Positions 13,401 through 27,019 of a DNA stretch of 64,000 bases are shown here, piece by piece. Every line of letters starts with the position of its first letter. The stretch's first letter is position 1. The notes beneath the pieces were generated by a model. It had not been told where the DNA came from, ran no database searches, and saw only the letters and a list, made by a program, of their open reading frames with translations. Position numbers and translations under genes: made by a program. This DNA is from Octopus sinensis (taxonomy: Eukaryota), in NCBI RefSeq assembly GCF_006345805.1, contig NC_043000.1, positions 70,494,001 through 70,558,000 on the forward strand, in the 5' to 3' direction.

Positions 13401-14204
13401 CGAGGGGCGTTCAATAAGTAATGCCCCTGACCCACTTCCCATAGGGGTAGAGCAACGAAAGTTGGGATAGTTATTAGTCTTTTTCTACATAGGAACCACC
13501 CAGAGTCACGCATTTCTCCCATTGTTTGATGCAGCTCTGGAGGCCGTTTTTGTAGAAGACCCCAGCTTGGTCCCCCAACCATGACGTGACTTCAGAAATC
13601 AAGGCTGCATCATCTGGGGAACTCTTTCCTTTCAAAAACAACTTCATGGCTGGGAAGAGGTGAAAATCAGAGGGTGCAAGGTCAAGAGAGTAGGGGGATG
13701 GGGGAGGAGTTCATAGCCATACGCCTGTGCTTCTGATCTGGCGACACGCGAGTTGTGGACCGGAGCGTTGTCCTGCAGGAGGAGGATGCCTTTGCTGATC
13801 TTGCCCCGCCTCTTGATTTTGATAACTTCTCTTAATTTCCTCAAAAGTGAAGCATAATAGGCTCTTGTAATTGTGGTACCCTTTGCCAGGAAATCTGTCA
13901 TCACTACTCCGTCCTGGTCCCAGAAGATTGTGAGCATGACCGTGCCAGCGGAGGGCTGCACCCTTGCCTTCTTTGGAGGAGGTGAGTCACGGTGCTTCGA
14001 CTGCATTGATTGGGCTTTGGTCTCTGGATCATAGTGATGGACCCAGGTTTCATCCTGTGTAATCAGTCTTTTGAAAAATTTTGACTAATCTTCTTGGCAC
14101 ATCTCCAAATTCACCCTCGAGCACTCGACGCGTTCTTGCTTCTGGAAAGGTGTGAGCAACCTGGAAATCCATCTGGCAGATACCTTTTGCATATGCAAAT
14201 GGTC
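13401..14204 (-). mobile_element. Partial inverted mariner copy (3' part, one TIR)
   Basis: TA|CGAGGGGCGTTCAATAAG TIR; reverse complement of ~14775-15579. Confidence 0.9.
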
Positions 14205-14287
14205 GTGACAATGCTACTTCGTATATTAAAAGTGGCCACCCAAGTCGCGGGTACAAGCCGAACTGCAAGCACCAAATTTTATATTTA
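14205..14287 (-). mobile_element. Inverted continuation of the HERO-like ORF
   Basis: Minus strand encodes KYKIWCLQFGLYPRLGWPLLIYEV, which plausibly continues ...LPG at 13398. Confidence 0.75.
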
Positions 14288-15579
14288 CGAGGGACGTTCA
14301 ATAAATAATGCCTCTGACCCACTTGCAATTGTTTGATCTAGCTGAAATTTTGCATGTACAATCATTTATATCTCTATAGAGTAAGTGGCAAATTACAGCA
14401 CTGAATTAATTGTGGTTTCTGATTTACAGATGTTTGAACCGAGTCATGTGTTAAATGGAGCCTGTTGAGTGTCGAGCAGTGATCCGGTTTTTGTATTTGA
14501 AAGGACGCACACCACGGGAGACTTTTGATGAAATGAAAGTAACTTATGGTGATGATGCCCCATCATATGACCTTGTAAAACGCTGGCATCGTGAATTCAA
14601 ACATGGTCGGAACTCTGTGGAAACAGCTCCCAGATCTGGTCGCCCCCTTCTGCCATTGATGAGGCATCTGTTCGTCAAGTTGAGGCTGTCATTTTGGAAG
14701 ATCGACGCATAACTATTCGCCAAATAGCCCATGAGGTCAAGATTAGTACCGGGTCTGTGGAAACTATCATTCATGACCATTTGCATATGCAAAAGGTGTC
14801 TGCCAGATGGATTCCCAGGTTGCTCACGCCTTTCCAGAAGCAAGAACGCGTCGAGTGCTCGAGGGTGAATTTGGAGATGTGCCAAGAAGATTAGTCAAAA
14901 TTTTTCAAAAGACTGATTACACAGGATAAAACCTGGGTCCATCACGATGATCCAGAGACCAAATCCCAGTCAATGCAGTAGAAGCACCGTAACTCACCCC
15001 CTCCAAAGAAGGCAAGGGTGCAGCCCTCCGCTGGCAAGGTCATGCTTACAGTCTTCTGGGACCAGGACGGAGTAGTGATAACAGATTTCCTGGCAAAGAG
15101 TACCACAATTGCAAGAGCCTATTATGCTTCACTTTTGAGGAAATTAAGAGAAGTTATCAAAATCAAGAGGCGGGGCAAGATCAGCAAAGGCATCCTCCTC
15201 CTGCAGGACAACGCTCCGGTCCACAACTCGCTTGTCGCCAGATCAGAAGCACAGGCGTATGGCTATGAACTCCTCCCCCATCCCCCTACTTTCCTGACCT
15301 TGCACCCTCTGATTTTCACCTCTTCCCAGTCATGAAGTTGTTTTTGAAAGGAAAGCGTTTCCCAGATGATGCAGCCTTGATTTCTGAAGTCGCGTTCAGG
15401 TTGGAGGACCAAGCTGGGGTCTTCGATAAAAACGGTCTCCAGAGCTGCATCAAACAATGGGAGAAATGCGTAACTCTGGGTGGTTCCTATGTAGAAAAAG
15501 ACTAATAACTGTGCCAAGTTTCGTTGCTCTACTGCTATGGGGAAGTGGGTCAGGGGCATTACTTATTGAACGCCCCTCG
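14288..15579 (+). mobile_element. Full-length (~1.29 kb) mariner, irritans/Himar-like, transposase pseudogenised
   Basis: TA-flanked TIRs CGAGGG...CCCTCG. Transposase from 14455 (HTH, WIPRLL, QD..WVH, QDNAPVH, PDLAPSDF) has frameshifts and stops. Confidence 0.92.
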
Positions 15580-16047
15580 TATGTATGTATGCGCGTGTGT
15601 ATGTATTCTGCATATTCATGTCTTTGTGTGCGCATGATTGTATGTGTGAGGGAGATGTATTTGTGTATGTACCCCAGTCTCCTTGTGTGTGCATATTTGA
15701 GTGTATCTATGAGCATGGTTTTTGTGACTATGTATGTGCGTCTGTTATGTATGGATGTATCTCCATGTGTTTTTGTGTGTATGCATATGGTCATGTGTTT
15801 TCGTCTCCTTTTGTATGTGTATGAGCACGCGCGTGTGTATGTGTGGTTGTGTGTGTGTGTGTGTGCTTGTCTGCCCATATTATCTATGTACCTATCTATC
15901 TACTTACCTTTGTGTCTATCTTTTTACCTACCTATATATATGTATAATTAATTTTTTAAAAACGGAGAAAAAAGACAAGATAAAACAATGTGAGGACGTA
16001 ACTCATGCAAAGTATTAATAAGACGCTCAGAGAAGGAAAAGAGTGGT

Positions 16048-16084
16048 TGTTTTACGTTTCCAGCATAGCTCTTCTTCAGAAACA
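16048..16084 (-). ncRNA. Minimal hammerhead, probably degenerate
   Basis: TGTTT-CTGAAGA-AGAGC-TAT-GCTG-GAAA-CG-TA^AAACA; the stem II closing pair is mismatched. Confidence 0.5.
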
Positions 16085-16930
16085 GGAGACCTAGGAAATT
16101 CCAAAGGAAATGGAAGAAGGAGGGAAAAAATCGCCAACAGTCCATGTGTAGTTACATTTTTGAAATAACCGAAAGTAGATGGACAAAGAGAAAGTGCTTT
16201 CTGGGACAGGAGAGTGTGAAGAATCGTTGGTATCTGTGTGTGTGTGTGCGCGCGTGTGTGTGTGTGTGGTGGCATGTGTTTGTGTGATAGCGTGTGTGTA
16301 TGGTAGCGTGTGTGTGTGTGTGTGTGTGAGTAGCCCATTGTGAGTGTAAAACACTTGTTAGTTTTACATATGTTGTTGGGCATATTGTAAAAGTTTTGAC
16401 AGAGCATATGATAGTTAATTCACTAAAGCATATGAGTTAAAGAACAAAGTATTAAAATTCGCTTTTCCCTTCAGTAAACACATTCTCTCTCACCCGCCTT
16501 GTCCCTGTCTCCCATTCTCTCTCTCTGTCTTGAGCATAGGCTCGAAACATAAAAGACTTTCTCACCTCCCCAAGCATCAAACTAATACACCTGTTTGTTG
16601 TTTATACACCTGTCTTTGTCTTTTGTTTTTCTGTAAATTTCAACTATATATATATCTATATATATAATAAGGGTTTTTTGCAACAAGTTGCTTAAACCAC
16701 ATACCGAAAATATTAGAAATAGCAGTCAAAGGACTACTATTTCTTTTACTACAAAAATAAGTCTCCACAAACAACAATATTTGTAACTCACATATGGCAA
16801 AGGAAGAAGAAAGAAAGACAACGAAACCACACATTATATAAATGTTTACTGAATATGGTCCTTTTCCATACCGAAATACTACTAGGTGAAATTTATTGAT
16901 TTTATTAAATCAATTATATTTCACCCTTTA

Positions 16931-16980
<50 letters not shown>

Positions 16981-17324
16981 TATGTATATCATATGTATGT
17001 ATAGTAATGTATCATATTTAATATATACACACTGTTGGTAGGTCATTTACTGCAGTATTTGTCCTGTAAGGGGAAACATTAACCGATATTCAAGTCAACA
17101 TAATAATTTTCTGAAAGTTACACCTTCTCTGTAAAAGTTTAACTGTCCTGAAATCAAAAATAAAGCTGTAATCCTCAGGTAAGCTGAAGCCAAACTTTTT
17201 CTTTTTTTGCGTGAGAGAAAGAGAAGTGATTATAAGATAATGAAGCACGAGCAGAAATAGTAAAAGAAATTTTTGTCCAAAGAAAGAAAAGAATGAAGCT
17301 TTTAGCACTTACTGTGCATACATT

Positions 17325-18750
17325 ATGAATTTTCCAACTGAACTGAATGACAAAGTGAACATGAAACAGAATTTCTCTAAACAAGAATTGAAAAACCTAA
17401 ATAATCTACAAAAAGACATTGAAATTGCAATTAAAGTAATCAATAAAAGTAATGCTGTTACCATGGATACAAATTATTATAAAGTATTTGTACTTAAAAT
17501 GTTAAAAAATAATTATGATGAAAAAAGCAACAGACAATTATAAACAGTCAAATATAATTGGAAATCTACAACTTTATTTAATATTACTGCAAATATTTGA
17601 CTCCTAAAGAATTTGAATGTATAAGCAACGTCAGATGCAAAAGCAACAATTTCTAAAATACTCATAAACAGAACTATAATTGACACTTGTAAAGCTCTAA
17701 AACCAAATACATCAAAATAACATCTTCAGGTGAGTTAAAATTAAGACTGATTATTGAAGACACTGTATATGAAACACGCTAAGTATTTTTTAAAAATTAA
17801 TTGTGGTTCTACATAAAATATATAGAAAGTTTTATTCAAAGGGATCTAAAATTACTTAATTCCTTCCAATGAACCAAAATACAATTAGTTACCATTGTTA
17901 TTATTAATTTATTCACTACTATCCTGCACATTTATGGAGCCAGTGCAATCAAACACCAATTTGAGTTGCCAGAACACATGAAGAAAACTACATTGTTGAC
18001 GGATTGAGATTCATATTACAAAACAATTATTTCATGTTTTATAACTTATCTTACTGACAATTGTGTGGTAGATAACCATGAGAAAAAATGCATCACAAAT
18101 CCACATATGTTTGGAAACACATTTTACACATATTTTAAAAGCAACTAGAAAAGATATCTAGATCAGTGTTTCATTTTATGGCAAGATAATCTTGACAAAT
18201 TTATGGAATTTAAAAATCTTGTTAACAGCATAAACAGATTTATGGAATTGAAAAGTCTTGTTAACAGCATAGACAGATTCACAGAATTGAAAAATCTTGT
18301 TAAAAGCATAAACTATAACTTTAAATTGACGTTGGATTTTAAGCGTGTGAAAACAGGAGGAAAGACAGAAACAGACATCCACTATAAGCCTATGAATTCG
18401 AAGCCATGTCTTCTCTTCACATTATATCATCCTATCAAATCCTACAGAATGTGGTCAATGATAGAAGAATTTGAAAAACTTATTCCAAAAGCATTTCCAA
18501 AAAATCTAATTACAAATGAAATCAAAAGGATAAAATGTATACATATTCAAGAACTAAGGATGGTAAAAATTGAGAATAAAATTTTCCCACATGCATCAAC
18601 AATTAACCATAGAAATGCCAAATATTTTAAAATACATATATAAAAATTCATTGCATATGAAGATCAAGAAATCAAAAAGTTCTGGAATATCAATATATCA
18701 TCAAAAGCAAAACATTGAAAAATATACTTAGGCAAAAAGTTCATAACAAG
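17325..18750 (+). mobile_element. Decayed Penelope-like RT remnant with an internal 39-bp triplication (~18190-18315)
   Basis: Remnant motifs IAIK..NKSNAV..M, LKLRLII, TDIHYKP; many stops. Confidence 0.6.
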
Positions 18751-19411
18751 TTTCAAAGCACGTAGTTAAACAAATTACAGTATACTTTAATAATGAGAAA
18801 TTTCTTTAAATTCTGTTAAATGAACAACATCTTCCTAATTTTAAAGTATTAGCAATTTATAAATACTAAGATCCAATTATAGATCAACAATCAAATCAAA
18901 AACAAAGCAAAAAAAGAGCTTAAGAAATATAAGCCTAATGGTTTGCTTGATAATTACTGTGAATAATTGCTAAAAAGAACATTTTTAGGCAAGGACAAAT
19001 GTTACAGACTGTAACACTTCTTGGAATGGGTAGGTAAGATATTAAAAAGCAAACTATTCATTTTCCTAAGTCCAAAAGTATAAACCGAATGATATCAAAT
19101 GTAAAAATATGAACAGGACAAATGAGTTGTGCATTTTCATCTTCATTTTGTTTACATCATATAACTTATAGAGAATATTTCACCTAGTTATAAATGTATG
19201 CAATTGTGTGTGTATGTGTTTTGGGTGTGTGTGTGTGTAAATATATGTGTCTGTGTGTATGTAAATATATATGTCCCTGTGTGTTTGTGTTTGTAAAAAC
19301 ATGACTGCAGAGATTTTATGTTAACATGAAGAAGATAAAATCAAATATTATGAAAGGGAATATTAAATATTTTAGTACTATACTTTCAATAAAAAGTAGA
19401 GTATTAAAATA

Positions 19412-19950
19412 TATAATCATTTACATTCGATAGATATTTGTCCTCATCTTGTTTGTTGATAACACAACATTTCGGCTGATATACCTATTTCTTTACTACT
19501 CACAAGGGGTTAAACACAGAGAGGACAAACAAGGACAGACAAACGGATTAAGTCGATTATATCGACCCCAGTGTGTAACTGGTATTTAATTTATCGACCC
19601 CGAAAGGATGAAAGGCAAAGTCGACCTCGGCGGAATTTGAACTCAGAACGTAATGGCAGACGAAATACGGCTACGCATTTCGCCCGGTGTGCTAATGTTT
19701 CTGCCAGCTCACCACCTTATACCAGCTTGCCGCCTTTCCCAGCTCGCCACCTTCTCAGCTGATATATTCTCCAGCCTTCATCAGGTGTCTTGGAGAAATT
19801 TCGAACCTGGGTTCTCATTCCTAAGGTATGCCCATGGGCATATGGTGCAGTGGTTAAGAGCTCGGGCTACTAACCTCAAGATTCTGAGTTTGATTCCAAG
19901 CAATGACCTGAACAATAACAATAACATTAACAATAACAATAATAATAATA

Positions 19951-19987
<37 letters not shown>

Positions 19988-20110
19988 CAACAACATTGAA
20001 AAATATCTTAGGAATGAGAACCCAGGTTCAAAATTTCCCCAAGACACCTGAAGAAAACGTGTTAACAACAAACAAGATGGGGACAAATATCAGTCAAATG
20101 TAAATAATTT
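19412..20110. mobile_element. Fold-back element with inverted arms and (AAT/AAC)n centre; left arm interrupted by a SINE
   Basis: 19417-19470 and 19783-19827 are reverse complements of 20005-20110. The arms carry hammerhead remnants (GACAC-CTGATGA-AGGCTG..CAGC(C)-GAAA). Confidence 0.7.
19487..19752 (-). mobile_element. tRNA-derived SINE
   Basis: Minus head GGCGAGCTGGCAGAAAC...GAGTTCAAATTCC (A/B boxes); same family as 39095-39290. Confidence 0.75.
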
Positions 20111-20583
20111 CTCATCTCTTAAATATAGAATGGTAAAATATATAATATTTATTAAGCTGAATATTCAAATTTTGTTATGCTAATTTTCCTTCTCCAGTTG
20201 TTAAAAAAAATTTGAACTATGAAATTGGAAACTGTTAAAATTAATAACCAGAAAATGAAAATTATTGCTTGTTTTTTGTGGGGTTTTTTAAAATCCTGAA
20301 AGCTCATTAGAAGAAATCTGCAACAAGACAGATGAAATAGCTAAGTAGAATAAAGAAAAACATCAATAAAATTGGAAACACTGATGAATTAGTTAAACAG
20401 AAAAGGAAAACACAAAGATAAAACTTAAGATATTTTCTTTACAGATTTTTATGGAGCGGCTACCTTATAAAAATTGCATAACAACTTTTCCAATTTATGT
20501 AAACATATACTCAGGATATTGTTACATGAGTTCGAGTTGTTTTCAGTCTACTTTATTTTTTAAGCAAAGATGGATGTACAGTA

Positions 20584-20639
<56 letters not shown>

Positions 20640-20689
20640 TGTGTGTGTAGTTTTTTCTACTGTTTCCAAGTGAAAATAAAGATTTACCA

Positions 20690-21050
20690 TTGCTACCATT
20701 TTGCTCTAATCTCCAAACATATTTCAAAAATCTGTTAGTAAATTTCCACTTTGTGTTAACCAATGAGTGTTTGTGCAAGTAAATTCTCATTTTAAATTTA
20801 TTTTTTGTTAACCCTATGTAAGATTTGGGCTGTGAACCATCACCATTCAATTTTATCTTGGTACAGTATACCAATAAAGTGGCAAAACTTCCTTTAAGCA
20901 GGCAGTTAATAGAATATCTGCACTTTCATCTGCTCTCGATTTTGACATGTTTAGCTTTAATTAAACTGCTGAAATTTTTGGCAACAAAAGTAAAAACTAT
21001 AATATAATTTCCATTAAAGATCTTAAGACACCTATGTTCTTTATTGAAAC
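20690..21050 (-). mobile_element. Penelope-like GIY-YIG remnant
   Basis: VYCTKI...SYIGLTKNKFKMR...H motif. Confidence 0.6.
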
Positions 21051-21329
21051 AAAACAGTTAAGTGAGACCAACTTAGGAAACTTCTGGGCTATATCTATCC
21101 TAACATTATATCACAGAATTTTTCTCTTTCTATTTCTATGTTTAGGAGATACAAACTGAGGTAAATATTCTATTCTTCCTAAAAATCCACTTCTACTAAA
21201 TATTTCATTCTAAAAATGTGTATCTTTTGCAAACGTATCTGTATCTGAGGTTAGCCATTATACACACATGCACACACATACACATACACACACACACACA
21301 CACTGGCAAATTCACTTACAAGTGTCTTC

Positions 21330-22240
21330 TAATAGAGGACACTTGCCCAAGACTAATAAATATTTTGCCCAAGTTTGTGACCATGCAATCAACAACATAA
21401 TCAAGTTAGCTAATGAACATAAGGAGAGGTATGAAATAAGAGCTGATACAGATCTCTCCCCAAGGAGCATTGGTAAAATCTATTTATCAGAAGAACAAAA
21501 TAAAAATATGGATCAGTTCATTAAGAAGATAGTACATAGCTACTTGGCAAGAAAAATACAAACCATAGAAGTGATTGAATATGTCAAGTGTTTGACATAG
21601 AGTACCAACAAATTTCTGCCATCCCACTTTGAAGGTTACATTCATGCAATCCAAGAACAAGAGAACCCTACTAAATACCTACAGCATAAAAGGCTGAAAT
21701 ATTTAACAGACATAGTAGGCTGTGCAAAACCAAGACTGAAGACATCAACTACATTATTTTCCAACTGCGAGAGAATGATGAAGTGACCAGAACAGTCTGG
21801 AACAGAATAACAAAACAGAAAATACCTACAGATGAAGCTAACTATATTGAGACGGATGTGTCAAAAGAATATTCATATAACTTAAAAATTAAAACAGCCA
21901 CCATGTTAAAATACAACTGGCCAGATATTATGTAGGACCACAAGGAAAAGATATGCTGTGTTGCCCTCCGAACACCAATGGGATTAGAAAAATACAAGAG
22001 AAAGAGGACATCTATGGACTATTGATAAGGAGTTTGCAAATCCTGTACTCAAGATATACTTTCAGCTTTATACCTATTATTATTCAAGCAACAGGATACA
22101 TACCAACATGAAGGAGCAAAGTATGGCTGAACTTAGGATCTTGGGGAGATAATGCAAATCCTTAATTCATACACAACAAATAATCACGATATGTGAGACT
22201 TATAAAAATCTACAAGATCTTCTTAAGATTTAAAGGATGA
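21330..22240 (+). mobile_element. Decayed RLE-type (R4/Dong-like) LINE 3' fragment
   Basis: EGYIHAIQEQE, remnant CCHC (RLCKTKTEDINYI), WPDI, IPIIIQATG. Confidence 0.55.
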
Positions 22241-24654
22241 TGAACAAAGACAAGATAATTTCCTTCACAACCTTGCTACCAAGCATGGGCAATCAAAATT
22301 TCTTCTAAATTAAAAAAGGGAAGTGAATAAACAAACATACATACGTGTAAATAAATGTATATGTGTGTGTGTGCTGGTGTGGTGTGTGTGTGTGTGTGTG
22401 GTGTGTGTGTGTGTGTGTGATATCTTGTATCTTATTTGCATCAAATTACTTTACATGTTATGTTACGAGGAAGGGTTTGTTATTTCAAGTAGTAACCATT
22501 TCTTGGCAATGTTTGATATACAGGTTTGGAGAGTGAATGGATGTTGTGAGAGAAATCATGGAGGCATTTGTGTAAGCAGTATATACTGATGTGTAGACAC
22601 TTCTGGTATTGACAGGTGATTCAGTTATTTTTTCAACGTCACTTCAATCTTATGATCAAAAACATTCCAAATATGGGCATTCCATCTTTTTATAGGTATT
22701 TAGGACTACATTATTCAATGCTTCCCTTTCCTTTCTTTGAAAACAGTAGTGTTATTTGAGGGAGATGCTATTTCTAGCAGTTTAAACGACAGTATACAGA
22801 CTCTCTCGTTGGTTAGTCAGGAGATACGGAAAATATAGTTAGTGGAGGTACAGTCAATGATTCAAAAATCGGAATGATAAGTTTGCAAGAGTTTAATGTA
22901 AAATATTACAAGCTGTTACCCACCAACTATTTCATGTTCCTCTTGCTACCTCCCCTTCACTTTCTCACTACATTTAACCTATTTATTCAACACTCAATAA
23001 ACATTTCATCTTTCTCCTCTTCCTCATGGCAAAACAATTTAATCCACTTTGCAAGCATATTTTACTTCTACAACTGACACTTCTCTCTACTACTAAACTA
23101 CTTACCACATTCACAAACCCATCAAAACCATCTTCCTCATTCTTCCACTCATCATTTTTTCCTGGATCTTGCTCCTTTAAAAAACCCGTACTAAATATTT
23201 TGCCTGGTTATTCCTATCCTTTGGATTTCTTTCCCGCCCAGCATTTTTTTTTTTTTTCGCATAGCCACCAATTTAAACTACACATCAACTAAGACAGCCA
23301 ACAAAAATATGGCCACCAACCTTCATATTGTGACAAATCAATTTGTTTTAATCCTCCATGGAAAATTGTTTTAACATCCATCTAATTGTGAAGCATTTGC
23401 TTGGTAATTCAGTGATTCGAACTCAAAATTTCCTGTTTAGATTCTCATATATTGCAGGTCGAAAATGCATTTTTTAAATCCATTCTAGTTTTCTTCTCTG
23501 CACAGCATCGCATTACATATCTAAATATTGTTTATAGTAGAGCAGTTTAATAGATTTTCTGATATCTCTTGGTCAACTCTTTTGATATTTCTTTTATTTG
23601 GGTTCCAATTTAATCTGAAGTAGAGAATTATTAAACCAGCAGAACATAAGTCAAGGGGGAAGTCTCTCTATGATTGTTACACCTGCTAAAATAGCAGCCA
23701 AATTTCCATCAAATCACTGTATTTCTCAAATAGTGGTCCAAAAAGTGTGATATAGATATTTAAAAGTATAATTTAAAGTTTTAGAAATTTTATATGAAAA
23801 AGGTGTTATTCATGATTTCATTACATACAGTTATGAATAATAAAGCAAGGTAAGTTATAATTTTCTGTATGCTCTTAGTTTTTTTAATATCTCATGCACA
23901 ACACAGTGTGAATCAGAAGTAGTGAACTAACTATTAATTCTATAATTCTACAGTTCACTCTCGTGGCTAAGGTTGTCTTATATTTAAATTCTTTTCAGTG
24001 TCTTTTGTTGTTTATTTTAACTCAAAGTGAACTGGTAATGTTTTTATTTGATCTCCAAAGTACCACGAAGTTAGAAAGATTCTGAAAATGGAGTCCTAGA
24101 AAGAAAGGGTGGTCATATTTGGAATGCTTTTAATCATAGATCTGCTTGATCGGGCTTGTGCTAGGGGAAAACAAGGGCCTCTAAAACTTAATTTTTGTTT
24201 CGTCTTGTCTTGTTTTTATAGAAGTGGCACTCATCAATAATAATGTGGATCTTTTATTCGAATAATATATCTGAATTAAGCAACACAAATAAAATTTCTT
24301 GCTATTTGATTTTCCTGTTTCTAGTATTTGTTACGAACATTCTACGAATAACGAATAGCTATAACAAATACGAGACAGCAAACTCCAATAACAGGGAAAT
24401 AACTCTTTTCCGTATAAGGGGAGCTAACTTACTCCTATGCCTTTCACTAACTTACCTCTGAATTTTTCATTCTCATGAATTACTCGAAATAAACACACAC
24501 ACACACAATATATGTGTGTCTGTGTATGTGTTTGTTTTGCAAGGTTCTTCATGCGAAATCGTGTGTTACAACAGATATTGTTATATGTGGTGATAGTCAT
24601 CTTTTGCCAATTAAACACATGCACTATTTATTTTCACTTTAGCTTTATTTTTAT

Positions 24655-25250
24655 TGAATGAGATGTAAACAGTAACTGCTCGACAACGTAAAGTATACTA
24701 GCCATCTCAATATAGCTAACCACTAAGGGTGGGTGTTACTGTAGCTTTTAGCCCCAGGAGATCATCGTCTCCAGCTGGCTTTAGGCACACTTTCTATGCG
24801 CTTATGGTATTTGCAAAGGGAGGTCATCCCTCTCTCGTAAACCTAAGTGATACGCACGGACTGCAGTTTCTAGGTATTTGCCTGTCTTCGACGTACGGCA
24901 ATCACCGGTTTTCGATGAAGGGAGATCTGTTTGCAAATATTTATTTATTGTTTTTCCAGTAACTCCCGTCACTGATTTCGAAAAACTATCTGCAAGCAAT
25001 AATAAATCTCTGAATGAGATGCAAACAGTAACTGCTCGACAACCGGTGATTGCCATACGCCGAAGACAGGCAAATACCTAGAAACTGCAGTCCGTGCGTA
25101 TCACTTAGGTTTACGAGAGAGGGATGACCTCCCTTTGCAAATACCATAAGAGCACAGAAAGTGTGCCTAAAGCCAGCTGGAGACGATGATCTCCTGTAAC
25201 ACCCACCCTTAGTGGTTAGCCATATTGAGATGGCTAGTATACTTTACGTT
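24655..25250. repeat. Long inverted repeat (~210-225-bp arms, 130-bp spacer) plus a 33-bp direct repeat
   Basis: 24685-24910 is near-perfectly complementary to 25041-25250; direct repeat at 24655-24687 and 25011-25043. Confidence 0.92.
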
Positions 25251-25714
25251 TATTTTTATTATTTTAGTTTCTTTGTCAAAACGCTTCCAAATAGAATAAG
25301 AACAAGAGGAAATACGTGAGATAAAGATTCGTCGAAGAGGTCACAGAATATGTGACGAAAGCGATTTGACACAAAGAAACTAAAATGATAATAATAATAA
25401 AGCTGGAGTGAAGACGAAATAGATAGTGCATGTGTTGAATTGGCAAAATATGATCATCCCTAAGTATAACAATATCTTTTACTTGTTTCATTTGACTGTG
25501 GTCATGATGGGGCACAGCCTTGAAGGATTTTAGTCAAACAAATCAACACTAGGGCTTTTTTTTTTTTTTGAAGCCTAGAACTTATTCTATCGGCCTTTTT
25601 GCCAAACTGCTAAGTTATGGGAAAGTAAACACACCACCACCAGTTGTCAAGTGGTTATGGGAGACAAACACAGACATAGACACACACACACACACACACA
25701 TATATATACTACTA

Positions 25715-26698
25715 CAAGGGTAAAGGTGATGCATTAGATACGGATAACTACAGAGGTATCAAGTTATTGGATCAGGTAATGAAAGTCATGCAGAGGGTTA
25801 CAGCCCAACTAATTCGGGAGAGAGTTAGTTTAGACAAGATGTAGTTTGGATTTGTGCCAGGGAAAAGCACCAATGATGCTATATTTCTGGTAAGACAACT
25901 GCAGGAGAAATATCTAACCAAAGATAAACCTCTGTACCTGGCTTTTGTTGACATGGAGAAAGCCTTCTATCTGGTAGTCAATGCAGAAACAAGGGATAGA
26001 TGAGTGGTTAGTGAGAGCTGTACATACCATGTACAGTGATGCTGTCAGTAAGATGAGGATTGGCAACGAGTATAGTGAAGAATTCCAGGTAGGGGTAGGA
26101 GTCCACCAGGGATCAGTCTTATTCATCATAGTCCTCCAGGCAATAACAGAGGAATTCGAGATAGGATGCCCCTGAGAGCTTCTCTAAGCTGATGACCTTG
26201 CTCTAATAGCTGAGTCACTATCAGAACTAGGGGAGAAGTTTCGGGTGTAGAAGCAAGGTCTAGAAACGAAGGGCCTTCAAGGTCTTAATAAGTAGGAAGG
26301 CAAACAAATCACAAATCCCTTCAGGTAGATGGCCCTACTTGATCTGTAGAAAAAGCTTAGGTAGAAACTCTATAAGATGTACCCAGTGTAAGCTATGGAC
26401 ACATAAGAGGTAAAGCAATATCAAAGGAAGGCTAACTGGGAAGATAGATTTTGTGTGTGGCACCATTCAAGAATGGTCGTTGCCAGTGCTGCCTGATTGG
26501 CTCTCATGCCAGTGGCATGTAAAAAGCACCCACTACACTCTCAGAGTTGTTAGTGTTAGGAAGGGCATCCAGCTGTAGAAACCTTGCCAGATCAGTTTGG
26601 AGTCTGGTACAGCCTTCTGGCTTGCCAGTCCTCAGTCAAACTGTCAAACCCATGCCAGCATGGAAAGGGAATGTTAAACAACGATGATGATGATGATG

Positions 26699-26700
<2 letters not shown>
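25715..26700 (+). mobile_element. RTE-clade LINE fragment with 3' (GAT)n tail
   Basis: NYRGIKLLD, STNDAIF, LYLAFVDMEKAF, GVHQGSVL, ADDL; stops and frameshifts. Confidence 0.85.
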
Positions 26701-26732
<32 letters not shown>

Positions 26733-27019
26733 ACAGTTTCCGCCTACCAAATCCACTCACAAGGCTTTGATCACCCAGTGACTATAGTAAAAGACACTTG
26801 CCCAACGTGGGACTGAACCCAGAAGTATGTGGTTGAGAAGCAAGCTTATCACACAGCCACATCTCTAGAATTTGCAATTAAGCTGTTGAAATGTGAAGCC
26901 TACGGTTTAAGTACTCCTAATTTAAATGTTTATGAATAGAATTAACTTAGTGAAGTCCCTGAAGCTTGGCAATACTGAGTAGATGAGTCACCGATGCTTT
27001 GTCAGTACTGTGCTTGAAG

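Noticed and set aside
15450-16407. Cys/Val- and His/Thr-rich ORFs
   Set aside because: Translations of (TG)n/(CA)n simple repeats
16525-16556. GAGC-ATAG-GCTC-GAAAC hammerhead-like half
   Set aside because: CUGANGA core is missing and there is no valid cleavage triplet
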